From NCBI GenBank assembly GCA_023254095.1, contig JALNLM010000003.1, positions 5,477-69,476 on the forward strand: DNA of 64,000 bases, read 5' to 3'. The DNA is from Candidatus Geocrenenecus huangii. Its GTDB lineage: Archaea > Thermoproteota > Nitrososphaeria_A > Caldarchaeales > Wolframiiraptoraceae. The notes below the pieces were generated by a model. The model had not been told where the DNA came from. It did not search any database and worked only from the letters and a program-made list of their open reading frames with translations. A program made the position numbers and the translations under genes. Below are positions 39,377-49,682 of this stretch, piece by piece; the first letter of the stretch is position 1, and every line of letters starts with the position of its first letter.

Positions 39377-40246
39377 ATGAGCATAATAGAATTAGAGAAT
39401 AAACTACATGAACTAAGAGAAAGGTTAAGAAGCTTAAACATAGAAATAAATGAAAAACAATCGGAAATCAATCAATACATCTCTAAAAGAGATAGCATAC
39501 ATGTAGAGATCAAGAATGCATCACAAGAATTAAAAAAGCTAAATCAAGAACTAAGTGAATACAGGGAGAGAATAGGTAAACTTAGAGAGCAGCTTCAGGA
39601 AAAGAAGAAAATACTCGAAGAAAAAAGAATGTTGTACCTAGAGGTTAAGAAGGAGTTGAGAACGCTAAGAAGTGTGAAAGACAATGTGGAAGAGATCCAG
39701 GAAAGGCTTGAAAGGCTTGATTGGCTTCTTCAAACGAAGCCGTTGCCGAAAGATGATGAGAAGAGAATATCCGGTGAAGTCGAGAAACTCCAAAATGAGC
39801 TCCAGTTTGCAAAGAGGAAGAAGGAATACGCTTACAGGATTGAAGAACTAAGAATCGAAATAAAGAATCTCAAAGAAGAAATACAGAAGATCAGAGAGGA
39901 GATTGAGAAGAGTCGAGAAGAGGCATCACCTAAACTACTAGAACCGAGAACCTCGTTAAGAGAGAAGATCAAGATGCTGAAAGAGAAAGCTGATCAGTGG
40001 CATAGCAAGTATCTAGAAGCAAAGAATAAACTGCAGATGCTTGAGGCTGAGAAGATACTGTTATCTTCACAGATAGTAGAATTGCAGAACATTATACGGA
40101 AATATCGGGAAGAAGAAAATTCTAAGAAGGTACTAGAGCTAAAGGAGAAACTTAAAAACCAGGCTAAGGCCAAGCTGAACTCTGGAAAAAAGCTAACATT
40201 CGAAGAATTGAAGATCTTGGTAGAAGATGATGAATGGAAAGCCTAG
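39377..40246 (+). CDS. archaeal coiled-coil protein (COG1340-like)
   Basis: 289 aa of continuous heptad-like K/E/L-rich sequence, immediately downstream of the GPN GTPase. Confidence 0.7.
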   Translation: MSIIELENKLHELRERLRSLNIEINEKQSEINQYISKRDSIHVEIKNASQELKKLNQELSEYRERIGKLREQLQEKKKILEEKRMLYLEVKKELRTLRSVKDNVEEIQERLERLDWLLQTKPLPKDDEKRISGEVEKLQNELQFAKRKKEYAYRIEELRIEIKNLKEEIQKIREEIEKSREEASPKLLEPRTSLREKIKMLKEKADQWHSKYLEAKNKLQMLEAEKILLSSQIVELQNIIRKYREEENSKKVLELKEKLKNQAKAKLNSGKKLTFEELKILVEDDEWKA

Positions 40247-40309
40247 TGTAGTAGGTTTGATACGATATACTTATCTGAAACCATGCAGTATAACCTATAG
40301 ACAAGCCAG

Positions 40310-41503
40310 ATGACATTAGAACGTAAGAGACTCCTCGTATTGGTAGTTGACCGTGATGATGATCTCAAGAGAAAGACAGGCATATCAACCCCTCTTCTAG
40401 GATATGACCAGAATCTCCAAGCAGCTCAAATGCTAGCACTAAGCGATCCAGAAGAAGCAGATGTGAACGCAATGTTCGGTGCTCTCAGAGTCTACAAAGA
40501 ACTAGCCGAGAAAATCGGCGAGGAGAATGTGCAGGTTGCCACTCTTGCAGGAGCGGAAAGTGAAGGCCTTGAGGCAGATGAAAAGATACTCCATGAACTT
40601 GAGGAGGTTTTAAAAATATTCAAAGCAGACGGAATAGTGTTTGTAAGTGATGGTGTAACGGATGAATACGTCATACCGATAATATCCTCCCGCGTCCCCA
40701 TAATATCCGTTAAGAGATTAGTTGTTAGGCAAAGTGAGTCTGTGGAAAGAACATGGCTTCTCCTAGGAAGATACCTTAGGCTAGCTTTTACAGAGCCTAG
40801 GTACGCTAAGATATTTCTTGGAGTGCCGGGGCTGATACTGACCATCTCAGGCGTTCTCTACCTTCTAAACATTATTTCATTACCGTTGATATTGACGGCC
40901 ATAGGCTTGATCTTAATCTTTAGAGGATTCAACCTAGATCAGAAGACAATAGGAGTCTATAAATGGTTTATCAACTTATTCAGGATGCCACCCTACAGAC
41001 AGCTTAGAGCATTCGCTGCATTCGTTTCATTAATCTTACTATTGGCTGGACTATACATCGGATACGTTTCAGCGATAAACACTCTTACTACTGTCTATCC
41101 TAATCCTCCAGACCCCTCACTCTATACGTGGTGGTGGATTGACAAGATCCCATTACTAACAGGAGCCTTCATAATAAGTAGCATAGATATAATCTCAGTG
41201 GGAATACTGATATCGATATTCTCCAATACGATATACTACCTGTTCATAAGAGAGCAGAGATTCTGGAGTACAATTAGGTCGATTATTTTAGCGATCTGGA
41301 TGTGGGCTCTCTTGAAGAGGACGGGGGTATTGATTATTTCAACGATTCTTGGTCCACTAGAAGAATTACAGATTAATTTGTTGATACTGGTTGCAGTCCT
41401 AGGAGTAGTCACGATGGTGGTGACGTTAATAGTTACTAGGATATTGAGAAACATATATTCTGACTACTTTAAGCCGAGGAAGAAAGAAAGTTCTGAAGAA
41501 TAG
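40310..41503 (+). CDS. DUF373-like membrane protein
   Basis: Soluble N-terminal domain LVLVVDRDDDLKRKTGISTPLLG followed by about 7 TM helices. Confidence 0.7.
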   Translation: MTLERKRLLVLVVDRDDDLKRKTGISTPLLGYDQNLQAAQMLALSDPEEADVNAMFGALRVYKELAEKIGEENVQVATLAGAESEGLEADEKILHELEEVLKIFKADGIVFVSDGVTDEYVIPIISSRVPIISVKRLVVRQSESVERTWLLLGRYLRLAFTEPRYAKIFLGVPGLILTISGVLYLLNIISLPLILTAIGLILIFRGFNLDQKTIGVYKWFINLFRMPPYRQLRAFAAFVSLILLLAGLYIGYVSAINTLTTVYPNPPDPSLYTWWWIDKIPLLTGAFIISSIDIISVGILISIFSNTIYYLFIREQRFWSTIRSIILAIWMWALLKRTGVLIISTILGPLEELQINLLILVAVLGVVTMVVTLIVTRILRNIYSDYFKPRKKESSEE

Positions 41504-41581
41504 AATCCGGTAATACACAATCTCTAGGAAAATAGAATAGTTTAGAGATAAATTAAAGGAGCACACATTATACTTGATGTA

Positions 41582-42370
41582 ATGAGCCTACTTAGAGCAG
41601 CTTTAAGAATATTCGGGGTTTACAAATTATATGAGAAATGGTTACATGAGAGTATAAAGAATGGTGAGATACCATCTCACGTTGCAATAATCCTCGACGG
41701 AAATAGGAGATGGGCTTTAGAGAAAGGATACAATGCATGGATAGGGCATAGATTCGGAGCAGAGAAAGTCGATGAGTTATTAGACTGGTGTCTAGAGCTA
41801 GGCATCAAGATAATAACGCTGTATGTTTTTTCTACTGAAAACTTTAAACGTCCTAGGAGAGAGGTGAAAGAGCTTTTCCAATTATTGAAAGAAAAAGGTT
41901 TACAGTATCTTAGAGATGAAAGAATACATAAACACCATGTTAGAATTAAGGTTATCGGAAGAAAAGACCTAATTCCACAAGATGTAAGAGAAGTATTAGA
42001 GAAGATCGAAGAAGCAACACAGAATTATTCTAACTTCTTCGTAAATATAGCGATAGCGTACGGCGGGAGAGCAGAGATAGTAGATGCTACTAGAAGCATC
42101 GTAAGTAAAGTTCTAAGAGGAGAATTAAACATAGAAGATATAGATGAAAAAATCATCGAGAAACATCTCTACACAGCTGATCTCCCCAAAAATGATCCAG
42201 ACTTGATAATTAGGACCTCGGGGGAAGAGAGGATAAGCAACTTTCTACTATGGCAATGTGCTTATAGCGAGCTAGTCTTTCTAGATGTTTACTGGCCCGA
42301 GTTCAGGAAGATAGACCTTATGCGAGCGATAAGAATATACCAGAAGAGGCAGAGGAGGCTTGGAGCTTAA
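41582..42370 (+). CDS. uppS: cis-prenyltransferase (undecaprenyl diphosphate synthase)
   Basis: HVAIILDGNRRWA, YVFSTENFKRP, RTSGEERISNFLLWQ. Confidence 0.95.
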   Translation: MSLLRAALRIFGVYKLYEKWLHESIKNGEIPSHVAIILDGNRRWALEKGYNAWIGHRFGAEKVDELLDWCLELGIKIITLYVFSTENFKRPRREVKELFQLLKEKGLQYLRDERIHKHHVRIKVIGRKDLIPQDVREVLEKIEEATQNYSNFFVNIAIAYGGRAEIVDATRSIVSKVLRGELNIEDIDEKIIEKHLYTADLPKNDPDLIIRTSGEERISNFLLWQCAYSELVFLDVYWPEFRKIDLMRAIRIYQKRQRRLGA

Positions 42371-43428
42371 GCGATAGCTAACTCGTACGGATGTGAAGTA
42401 AGCTTCACTACGCTATCTCTACCCACTATGATCGTATCCTCTATACGTATGCCAAATCTTTTAGGAACATATATCCCGGGCTCGATGGTTATCACATTAT
42501 TTTCTTGGAGTATTTCTTGGCTTACAGGGTTGATTCTCGGTGGCTCATGGATGTCTATCCCTATACCGTGGCCAAGACCATGAACGAAATAATCGCCGTA
42601 CCCTTTACTGGTTATCATTGTTCTAGCAACCTCATCAAGCGAAGAGGCGAGAATCCACGACTTCGTGTTTTCTTCAACCATATTCTTTGTATCAAGAACT
42701 AGATTGTATATGCTTAATATTTCGGAGGGCGGGTTGGAGCCGACATAGAATGTTCTCGTCATATCTGCACAGTATCCTTGATATGATGAGCCGATATCTA
42801 CTACAACTATGTCTCCGTCCCTGATCGTTCTATCCCCTAACCCACCATGCGGGAACGATGACTTCTCACCTGAGGCGACGATGATGTCGAAGGCTGGTTT
42901 ATCAGCTCCCGAATTTATCATTTCTTCGAGTATCTCTGCCTTAATTTCTGACTCTCTAACACCATCACTGATGATCTCGGAAGCCAGCTCCATGCACCTA
43001 GAAGTTATCCCTGCAGCTTTCGTGATCCTCGCTATCTCTTCCTGATCCTTTATGCTTCGAAGTCTCCAGATGATGTCGGGAGAAGCTTCCAATGATTCAA
43101 CATTTTCTCTAAGCTTGAGATAATGCTCAATTTCTAGCCTATCGAATCCCATCTTCTTCTTTAGTGAGGTTGGTAGACCGAGGACTATGTCGGCTACGCT
43201 AGACGTAATCTTCATTCTAGTAACTTCAACCCCCTGTGTACAGTATGTTTGAGCAGCTTCATAATCGATAGGATAAACATAGAGTCTTGAGACTTCGTTA
43301 AGAGAGGTAACAAGGTATCCTGAACACATGAACCCTGTAAAATAGAATATGTTGGCAGGCGAAGTTAATACAAAAGAAGTAAAACCTAATTCCTCCATCA
43401 AGGCTTGAAGCTTCTCCAGCCTCTCCAT
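42367..43428 (-). CDS. M24-family Xaa-Pro peptidase
   Basis: Pita-bread metal ligands are present: DIGSSYQGYCADMTRT, HGLGHGIGIDIHE, EPGIY, IEDT. Confidence 0.9.
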   Translation of the reverse strand: MERLEKLQALMEELGFTSFVLTSPANIFYFTGFMCSGYLVTSLNEVSRLYVYPIDYEAAQTYCTQGVEVTRMKITSSVADIVLGLPTSLKKKMGFDRLEIEHYLKLRENVESLEASPDIIWRLRSIKDQEEIARITKAAGITSRCMELASEIISDGVRESEIKAEILEEMINSGADKPAFDIIVASGEKSSFPHGGLGDRTIRDGDIVVVDIGSSYQGYCADMTRTFYVGSNPPSEILSIYNLVLDTKNMVEENTKSWILASSLDEVARTMITSKGYGDYFVHGLGHGIGIDIHEPPRINPVSQEILQENNVITIEPGIYVPKRFGIRIEDTIIVGRDSVVKLTSHPYELAIA

Positions 43429-43659
43429 GAAGACTCAACTCTAGGAAAAAATTAGCTAAATCACTAAATATATTTATTGGATACATTATCTTTCAGACCT
43501 CAGCAGGTACAAGAATCATGTGGGTAAACTATTCAGCCTACTATCTGATACATGGTCTGATGTCTATCGGTAAGACTCTTTGTTTCCCATCGTATTATTA
43601 AGTAGGGGTTCATCTAATATATATTAATAAGTCTTTAGTTTCCTCCATACCAGCAGAGA

Positions 43660-46600
43660 ATGGTTTATATTAAGAAATTAACAATCCAAGGGTTTAAATC
43701 GTTCGGCTCTAAGAAGAATTCTATAGATTTTGAGAAAGGCTTAGTCGTAATAACTGGACCTAATGGAGGAGGAAAATCAAATATACTTGATGCTATAAGA
43801 TTTGCTCTAGGAGAACTTAGCGCACATAATTTAAGAGTAGGAAAGATGTCTGAACTAGTATATGATGATGCTTCAACCAGCATAGCTAAAGTTTCTCTAA
43901 CGTTAGATAATTCTGAAAGGATACTTCCAGTAGATTCCCCTGAAGTAACTATAACGAGAAGACTCGACAGGAATGGGGAAAGCGAATATCTTCTCAACGG
44001 TAGACAGGCATCCAGAGCTGAGATACTAACTATACTCTCCATGGCGAATATAAAGCCTACCAGCTTCAACATCGTGCCCCAAGGCTCAGTGACATCGATC
44101 GCTGAAATGAGTAACATAGAGTTAAGGAAGATGCTTGAAGACATTTCAGGAATAGGAGAATATGATAAGAAGAAGCAGGAAGCAGAAGAACATCTGCAAA
44201 TAGCTGAGAAGAACATTGCAATAGCTAAAGCGGGGACAACAGAAGTTAAATCAAGAGTAAACCAACTTCAGAGAGAGAGGAACGAAGCTTACAGGAGGAG
44301 ACAGATAGAAGATATACTTTCCGCCATAAGATTAGCTAAATTGAGGAGTACTGAGTCAACATTGAAGAAAGAATTGATAGAGCTAGATGCTGAGTTGATG
44401 AAACTTGAAGAAGAAATAACGAAAATACAAGATAGTCGAGAACAGTATGCAAGAGAGCTTAGCGCAGCAGAAGAAGAATGGACAAGGTACACTAGAGAAA
44501 TCTCTGAGCTTGAAGAAAAGATGAGGGGGGCAGAGAAGATTCGTGAAGAACTTAGACTAAGAGAAATATCTTTAACATCGGAAAAATCAACTACAATCGA
44601 AAGGCTGAGAAATATCGATATTGAGTTAACCAACCTAAAGAACTCGCTAGAAGAAAGCTCAAACCTTAAAGAGAACATCATACAAACAATAGCCAAAGAG
44701 AAAACAAAGCATGATTCCATAAAAGAAGACTTCTCTAACATAGTGGGAATACTTGAAGAACGTAAAAAGAAACTGGACCTTCTAAAAATCCAACTGAATA
44801 ATCTTGAGAGAGATCTCGAAGAAGCAATTTCGAGAAAGAATAGATTAGAGAAAGACATCGAGTTGACTAAAGTCAGGATAGCTGAAGTCGAGAAGAAGAT
44901 CACTTCAATAGAAGAAGAATCTACAAAGATTTTGAACATTATTACAGAAGGTATTCAGGAGATCACGAAAATGCAGCATAGCTATAGAAAACGTGTAGAT
45001 GAGTTACAAAAACTTGAAGAAACATTAGAACATCTAAATCGAGAATATGTTAGACTGAGGAATAAATTATTGAAGGCCCAGGAGATTGAGAAGAATCTAT
45101 CAAGAATAATCCAGACGATAGGCTCCATGGGGCTGATAGGAAAGAGGAGTTTAGAAGAAAAGGTCAAGGATGCGTTAGGAGAGGTTAAAGAGGTCTACGG
45201 AATATTGAGAGATTGGGTAGATGTAGAAGATTACAGGATGTTGATTAGACTTGAGGCTGGAACTTCTGGATGGATACATTCTCTCGTTGTCGGTAATTGG
45301 ATGACGGGGATACAGTTAGCTGAAATCTTCCATAAATCAGGATTAAAGATAAAGATCCTCCCTCTCGAAATGGTTAAAAAAGGAAATAACTTGAAATTTA
45401 AAGGAATTAAACCTAAAGCGAAATGGGCTGAAGAGGTACTAAGCCATCTTCTAAAGAATATATCATTCAAGAATGTAGTCGAGCTCCCCCGCAATCCCAA
45501 TACCGTAATAGTTGACAGTAGAGGGATTGTATCTTATCCAGATGGGAGAATAGAAGTTTCTAGCACGGTATTCGATCAGAACATCATACAGTTAGAACAT
45601 GAATACAATGAGTCAATAAAGATCTTAAATCAGGTTAGAGCAAGGATCGAGGAGATACAAAACCTTCTCTATACCACAGAATTAGAGAAGAATCGAACAT
45701 ATGATGAGAAAGGCAAAATTAATCTAGAAAAAGAGCTTGAAGAAAGAGCACTAAAGAAGCTTCGAGAAGAAATATTCGAGAACTTCATAAAGTTCGCACA
45801 CCTTCATGTAGAGAGGATTAAGCTAAAGAAAGAATTGTTGAATGATAAGCTGATGCTAGAGGAACATGTTAAGAATCTAGAGAGATTAAAGCAGATAGAT
45901 GGATCCGAGATCCAGCTTCTAAAAGAGGATATTAAAAAGAATGAAGAAGAATTCCTTAATCTCTCGGCTAAACGTAAAGAGCTCGAATTAGAACTTCGTG
46001 AATCCTCCCGCTTAATTCAAGAATACAATAGAGAGTTTCAGAGACTTGAGGCTCAGATCGAAAAAACGAAGTTGAAGATTGAGGAGAAGAAGAAAGAGAA
46101 AGAAGAGTTGGAGAAGAAGCTTGAGCATATTCTGACGCAACACAACACAGTTCAGGCTGAGCATGAAAAACATAACCAAGAACTAAATAACTTGATAATG
46201 GGCATACAGCAGAGAAAGAATGAAATAGAAAAACATTCATCACGTATCTCAAATATGAGGAGCGAGCTCAGACTTCTCGATTCAAGGCTTCAAGAACTAA
46301 CTAATAAGAGGCTGAGCATAGCCGTAAGGAGAAGCCAACAAGAAACAGAATTAAAGAAGATTCGAGAAGAACTAGATTCTCTACCAGTATTGGATTCTCC
46401 TGAAATCCCCGTAGAGATGGCCGGTGAACTCGAAAATGAATTAATCGAAGAATTAAGGGAACTAGATAAGATTAATCAACTTGCACCACAACAATACGAA
46501 GAGCTCATTGGAAACTACAAGCTGAGGTCGCAGAGGATTAGAGAACTCGAAGAAGAGAGGGACGAGATATTCAGATTCATCAACTGGATAGAGAGTGAGA

Positions 46601-47067
46601 AGAGGAAAGTATTCATGAATACCTTCAACAAGGTCTCAGAAAGCTTCGAAAGATTTTTCTCTATCTTGACCGGGGGTCAAGCTTGGCTTAAATTAGAAGA
46701 CTTCGATAACCCCTTTAGTAAAGGAGTAGAGATGATCCTACGATTTCCTGGAAAATCAGCGAGGTCTGCTAGAAGTGCTAGTGGAGGAGAGAAATCCGTC
46801 GCTGCCGTAGCTTTACTCTTAGCTCTCCAAGGATTAACGCCTGCGGAATTCTACGTCTTCGATGAAGTAGATGCACATATGGATATCAATTATAGTACTA
46901 GGTTGGCTGAGCTATTCGAGGAAATGTCTAGGAAGACTCAGATAATAGTTATTAGCTTGAAAGATGTAATTGCAGAGAAAGCAGAGCAGCTGATCGGAGT
47001 GTATAATAGGGGCGGAGAATCTAGAATTGTCAAGATGAATGTTAATGAGGTTGTAGGCTATGAGTGA
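43660..47067 (+). CDS. smc: SMC chromosome condensation ATPase
   Basis: GPNGGGKSN, long coiled coils with a central hinge, SGGEKS signature, Walker B FYVFDEVDAHMD. Confidence 0.95.
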   Translation: MVYIKKLTIQGFKSFGSKKNSIDFEKGLVVITGPNGGGKSNILDAIRFALGELSAHNLRVGKMSELVYDDASTSIAKVSLTLDNSERILPVDSPEVTITRRLDRNGESEYLLNGRQASRAEILTILSMANIKPTSFNIVPQGSVTSIAEMSNIELRKMLEDISGIGEYDKKKQEAEEHLQIAEKNIAIAKAGTTEVKSRVNQLQRERNEAYRRRQIEDILSAIRLAKLRSTESTLKKELIELDAELMKLEEEITKIQDSREQYARELSAAEEEWTRYTREISELEEKMRGAEKIREELRLREISLTSEKSTTIERLRNIDIELTNLKNSLEESSNLKENIIQTIAKEKTKHDSIKEDFSNIVGILEERKKKLDLLKIQLNNLERDLEEAISRKNRLEKDIELTKVRIAEVEKKITSIEEESTKILNIITEGIQEITKMQHSYRKRVDELQKLEETLEHLNREYVRLRNKLLKAQEIEKNLSRIIQTIGSMGLIGKRSLEEKVKDALGEVKEVYGILRDWVDVEDYRMLIRLEAGTSGWIHSLVVGNWMTGIQLAEIFHKSGLKIKILPLEMVKKGNNLKFKGIKPKAKWAEEVLSHLLKNISFKNVVELPRNPNTVIVDSRGIVSYPDGRIEVSSTVFDQNIIQLEHEYNESIKILNQVRARIEEIQNLLYTTELEKNRTYDEKGKINLEKELEERALKKLREEIFENFIKFAHLHVERIKLKKELLNDKLMLEEHVKNLERLKQIDGSEIQLLKEDIKKNEEEFLNLSAKRKELELELRESSRLIQEYNREFQRLEAQIEKTKLKIEEKKKEKEELEKKLEHILTQHNTVQAEHEKHNQELNNLIMGIQQRKNEIEKHSSRISNMRSELRLLDSRLQELTNKRLSIAVRRSQQETELKKIREELDSLPVLDSPEIPVEMAGELENELIEELRELDKINQLAPQQYEELIGNYKLRSQRIRELEEERDEIFRFINWIESEKRKVFMNTFNKVSESFERFFSILTGGQAWLKLEDFDNPFSKGVEMILRFPGKSARSARSASGGEKSVAAVALLLALQGLTPAEFYVFDEVDAHMDINYSTRLAELFEEMSRKTQIIVISLKDVIAEKAEQLIGVYNRGGESRIVKMNVNEVVGYE

Positions 47068-47716
47068 GAAGGTGATTACTATCTGGAGTGATCCTAGGTG
47101 GAAGATATTATTCGACGTAACTAGGCTGGATAGGGTGAAGCCATGGGAGATAAATCTTGTAAAGATTATTAGAGCATTGTTGGAGGAGCTGGGAAAACTC
47201 GAGATTATAGACTTGAACCCATGCGGAATAGCATTGTATTCTGCAGCAACAATCCATAGAATGAAGACTGAGAAATTACTTAAATCAGATACGCCTAGTG
47301 AACCCAAAGAAAAACCTCAACTAGTCATCCCCCGACCTATAGATCTCCCTATCCCCCCGGAATTCATGATACTGACTATACAGGAGCTGGCCTCTTCCCT
47401 TGAAGCCGTACTCTACCAAGATTTTAAAACAAAAAACATCCCGGAACGATTACAAGCATTTACAGATCTGAGCTTTGAAGATTATCTAGTAAAGCTGGAA
47501 GAGAGGATCGAGGAATTCATAAAAACCCTTAGGGAAATATTCACAGAATATGAGATGATCGAATTCAGGGTCCTGGTGGAAGGTGTTGATAAGTTAGAGG
47601 CGGTACGACGATTTATATTACTGCTCTTCGCAGCTGCTAGAGGCGTAGTCGAGATAATCCAAGATGAGGAAACAGGCAAGATCGTGGTGAAGTGGGTTGC
47701 CGATGGAAGACTCTAA
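47060..47716 (+). CDS. scpA: kleisin ScpA
   Basis: KPWEINLVKII N-terminal motif and a C-terminal winged helix. An 8-nt overlap links it to smc. Confidence 0.8.
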   Translation: MSEKVITIWSDPRWKILFDVTRLDRVKPWEINLVKIIRALLEELGKLEIIDLNPCGIALYSAATIHRMKTEKLLKSDTPSEPKEKPQLVIPRPIDLPIPPEFMILTIQELASSLEAVLYQDFKTKNIPERLQAFTDLSFEDYLVKLEERIEEFIKTLREIFTEYEMIEFRVLVEGVDKLEAVRRFILLLFAAARGVVEIIQDEETGKIVVKWVADGRL

Positions 47717-48308
47717 AGACATCGTTACAAGGATTGAGGCATTGCTCTTCGCTGCATCGAAGCCTGTGGAGGTAAGAGAAATGTTAAGTATATGCGGCTT
47801 AAGAAAGAAAGAGAAAATATTATCAGCCGTAAAAGAATTAATGAAGAAATACAATGACGGTAGGAGCGCTATTGAGTTGGTTGAGCTTCCAGGTGAAAGA
47901 TTCTATCTTAGGCTTAGAAGAGAATACCATGACTTGGTTAAGAGATATGTGAAAAAACCGTTGTTTAGCAGAGGGATCATGAGGACACTATCGTTCATAG
48001 CTTACCATCAGCCAATAGAGCAGAGTAAAGTCGCAGCCGTTAGAGGAAATTCAGCATACAGACATGTGAAGATCTTAGTAGAGAGAGGTCTAGTAGAAGC
48101 TGAAGAAAAGGGTAAAACCAAGATCTTGAAGACTACACAGCTACTAGCAGATTACCTAGGAGTACCAAATACTCCTTCAGCCATAAAGAAGGCATTAATG
48201 TTAAATTTAGAAGGAAATAAAGAGAAAACCGGAAACAGGTCTTCTGAGGATACAATGAAAGCATACAATTTCGAGAAATCTGAAGAACCTTTATCAAGCA
48301 GTGCATAA
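47697..48308 (+). CDS. scpB: ScpB
   Basis: IEALLFAASKPVEV..two wHTH repeats (IAYHQPIEQSKV..RGLV). Overlaps scpA. Confidence 0.85.
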   Translation: MPMEDSKDIVTRIEALLFAASKPVEVREMLSICGLRKKEKILSAVKELMKKYNDGRSAIELVELPGERFYLRLRREYHDLVKRYVKKPLFSRGIMRTLSFIAYHQPIEQSKVAAVRGNSAYRHVKILVERGLVEAEEKGKTKILKTTQLLADYLGVPNTPSAIKKALMLNLEGNKEKTGNRSSEDTMKAYNFEKSEEPLSSSA

Positions 48309-48424
48309 GAGAACCATTCTATTAAGAGACTATGATGCAAGTCTTCATCGAGCATCTTCGTTAAAAATATTGTATAACGACTTTATCATTAAATATAGCT
48401 TTCTCATGAGATTACATGATATAG

Positions 48425-48811
48425 ATGGTACAGTGGCATTGGGATCTTCATAAGAGGAAGCCGACAGGCGGAAAGAAGCGCCCATATAGAAAGAAGAGAA
48501 GATACGAGAGAGGTAGAGACCCTGCTCTAACAATAATCGGTGATAGAAAAATTAGAGAAAAGAGGATAAGAGGTGGAGGAGTAAAATATTCACTTGCATC
48601 AGACCATTATGCAAACGTTATCGACCCTGAGACCGGGGTCTGCAAGAAAGTAAAGATCTTGAGGGTTATCGCTAATAAAGCTAGTAGAGACTATGAGAGG
48701 AGAGGGGTTATAACAAAAGGAGCTATAATAGAGACGGAGATCGGTAAAGCTAGAGTAACATCTAGACCCGGGCAAAACGGAGTGATAAACGCTGTGGTAA
48801 CTAAAACATAA
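48425..48811 (+). CDS. rps8e: ribosomal protein S8e
   Basis: HKRKPTGGKKRPYRKKRRYE..RIRGGGVKY. Confidence 0.95.
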   Translation: MVQWHWDLHKRKPTGGKKRPYRKKRRYERGRDPALTIIGDRKIREKRIRGGGVKYSLASDHYANVIDPETGVCKKVKILRVIANKASRDYERRGVITKGAIIETEIGKARVTSRPGQNGVINAVVTKT

Positions 48812-48894
48812 TTCCTGAAAAAAGATACCCTGTAATACTCCGTATTTCTCTATCCCTCAGATATGTAAATCAAACAGACAGAGCTGGATATGAG

Positions 48895-48901
48895 TTTTTT
48901 T
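48895..48901 (+). terminator. T7 run, possible terminator after rps8e
   Basis: GAGTTTTTTTGTC lies 84 nt after the S8e stop. Oligo-T tracts act as archaeal termination signals. Confidence 0.3.
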
Positions 48902-49099
48902 GTCTTAACCTCACTTCCCGCCTCCATCAATTATCTTTGCGAGAACCTGACGATAACTCATACGTGAAGATTCAACGTGATTAATCTAGTTCTACCCCAT
49001 TTTACATAAAGGCGACAAAAATGTTGAAGAGTACAATCTTAAAATAGTTCCCAAGATTAGAAGTATACAAGATAATTCTTAGGTTGGAGAAGACGGTGA

Positions 49100-49387
49100 A
49101 TGATTAAGCGGGATGGCTACATTGTCTGGCCAATATATTTCGATAAGAACGCCCCTAGGTCTAGATGTAGACGTGTCCCCCTTGATCTAGCTGTAAAGAA
49201 TCCGTCAATTGAAAAAATAATCGAAGCTGCGAAAAGCTTAGGATGGAGTGTTGAAATAGAAGAGGGAGCTCATCCATCTACTTGGTGGATTAGAACAGGT
49301 AGGTTGATAATTAAACCTAACAAACCAATCAATAAAAATTCTCTAATTAAGACCCTGGCTCATCGCCTCAAAATACTAACCGAGTAA
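49100..49387 (+). CDS. srp19: signal recognition particle protein SRP19
   Basis: IVWPIYFDKNAPRSRCRRVP motif, 95 aa. Confidence 0.9.
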   Translation: MIKRDGYIVWPIYFDKNAPRSRCRRVPLDLAVKNPSIEKIIEAAKSLGWSVEIEEGAHPSTWWIRTGRLIIKPNKPINKNSLIKTLAHRLKILTE

Positions 49388-49428
49388 GAAAAGGTAAACT
49401 TTAAACATTCGAGAGAGAAAGAGTAGAC

Positions 49429-49677
49429 GTGTCGAAGAGAATAAATCCAGTGAGACTTGGAACATTGTGGAAGATTGTAAGAAACCGTCTAGTAATTAAG
49501 TGTGAGAGAAACCCGAGGATTAGAGTAAAAGTTTACGATTCATCTCTCAGAGAAGTTGGAGAAATAGTAAACATCTTCGGACCGGTCATCCAGCCTTTCG
49601 CCGAAGTCGAGCAAATTAATCCTGGTAATAGATACGTTGGAGAAGTATTCTACATCATTGAAAAGACGGAGAGGTGA
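49429..49677 (+). CDS. gar1: H/ACA RNP protein Gar1
   Basis: Small beta-barrel with VYDSSLREVGEIVNIFGPVIQPF. The Gar1-TFB neighbourhood is conserved. Confidence 0.85.
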   Translation: MSKRINPVRLGTLWKIVRNRLVIKCERNPRIRVKVYDSSLREVGEIVNIFGPVIQPFAEVEQINPGNRYVGEVFYIIEKTER

Positions 49678-49682
49678 GAGGT

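Noticed and set aside
43665-46252. Several long minus-strand ORFs (183, 216, 61, 89 and 94 aa) lying inside smc.
   Set aside because: They are Ser/Phe/Leu-rich mirror translations of a GAA/AAG-rich coiled-coil gene and carry no motifs. They are antisense artefacts. The same applies to the other short opposite-strand ORFs in the track, such as those inside the lhr, cysS, ilvB and gck genes.
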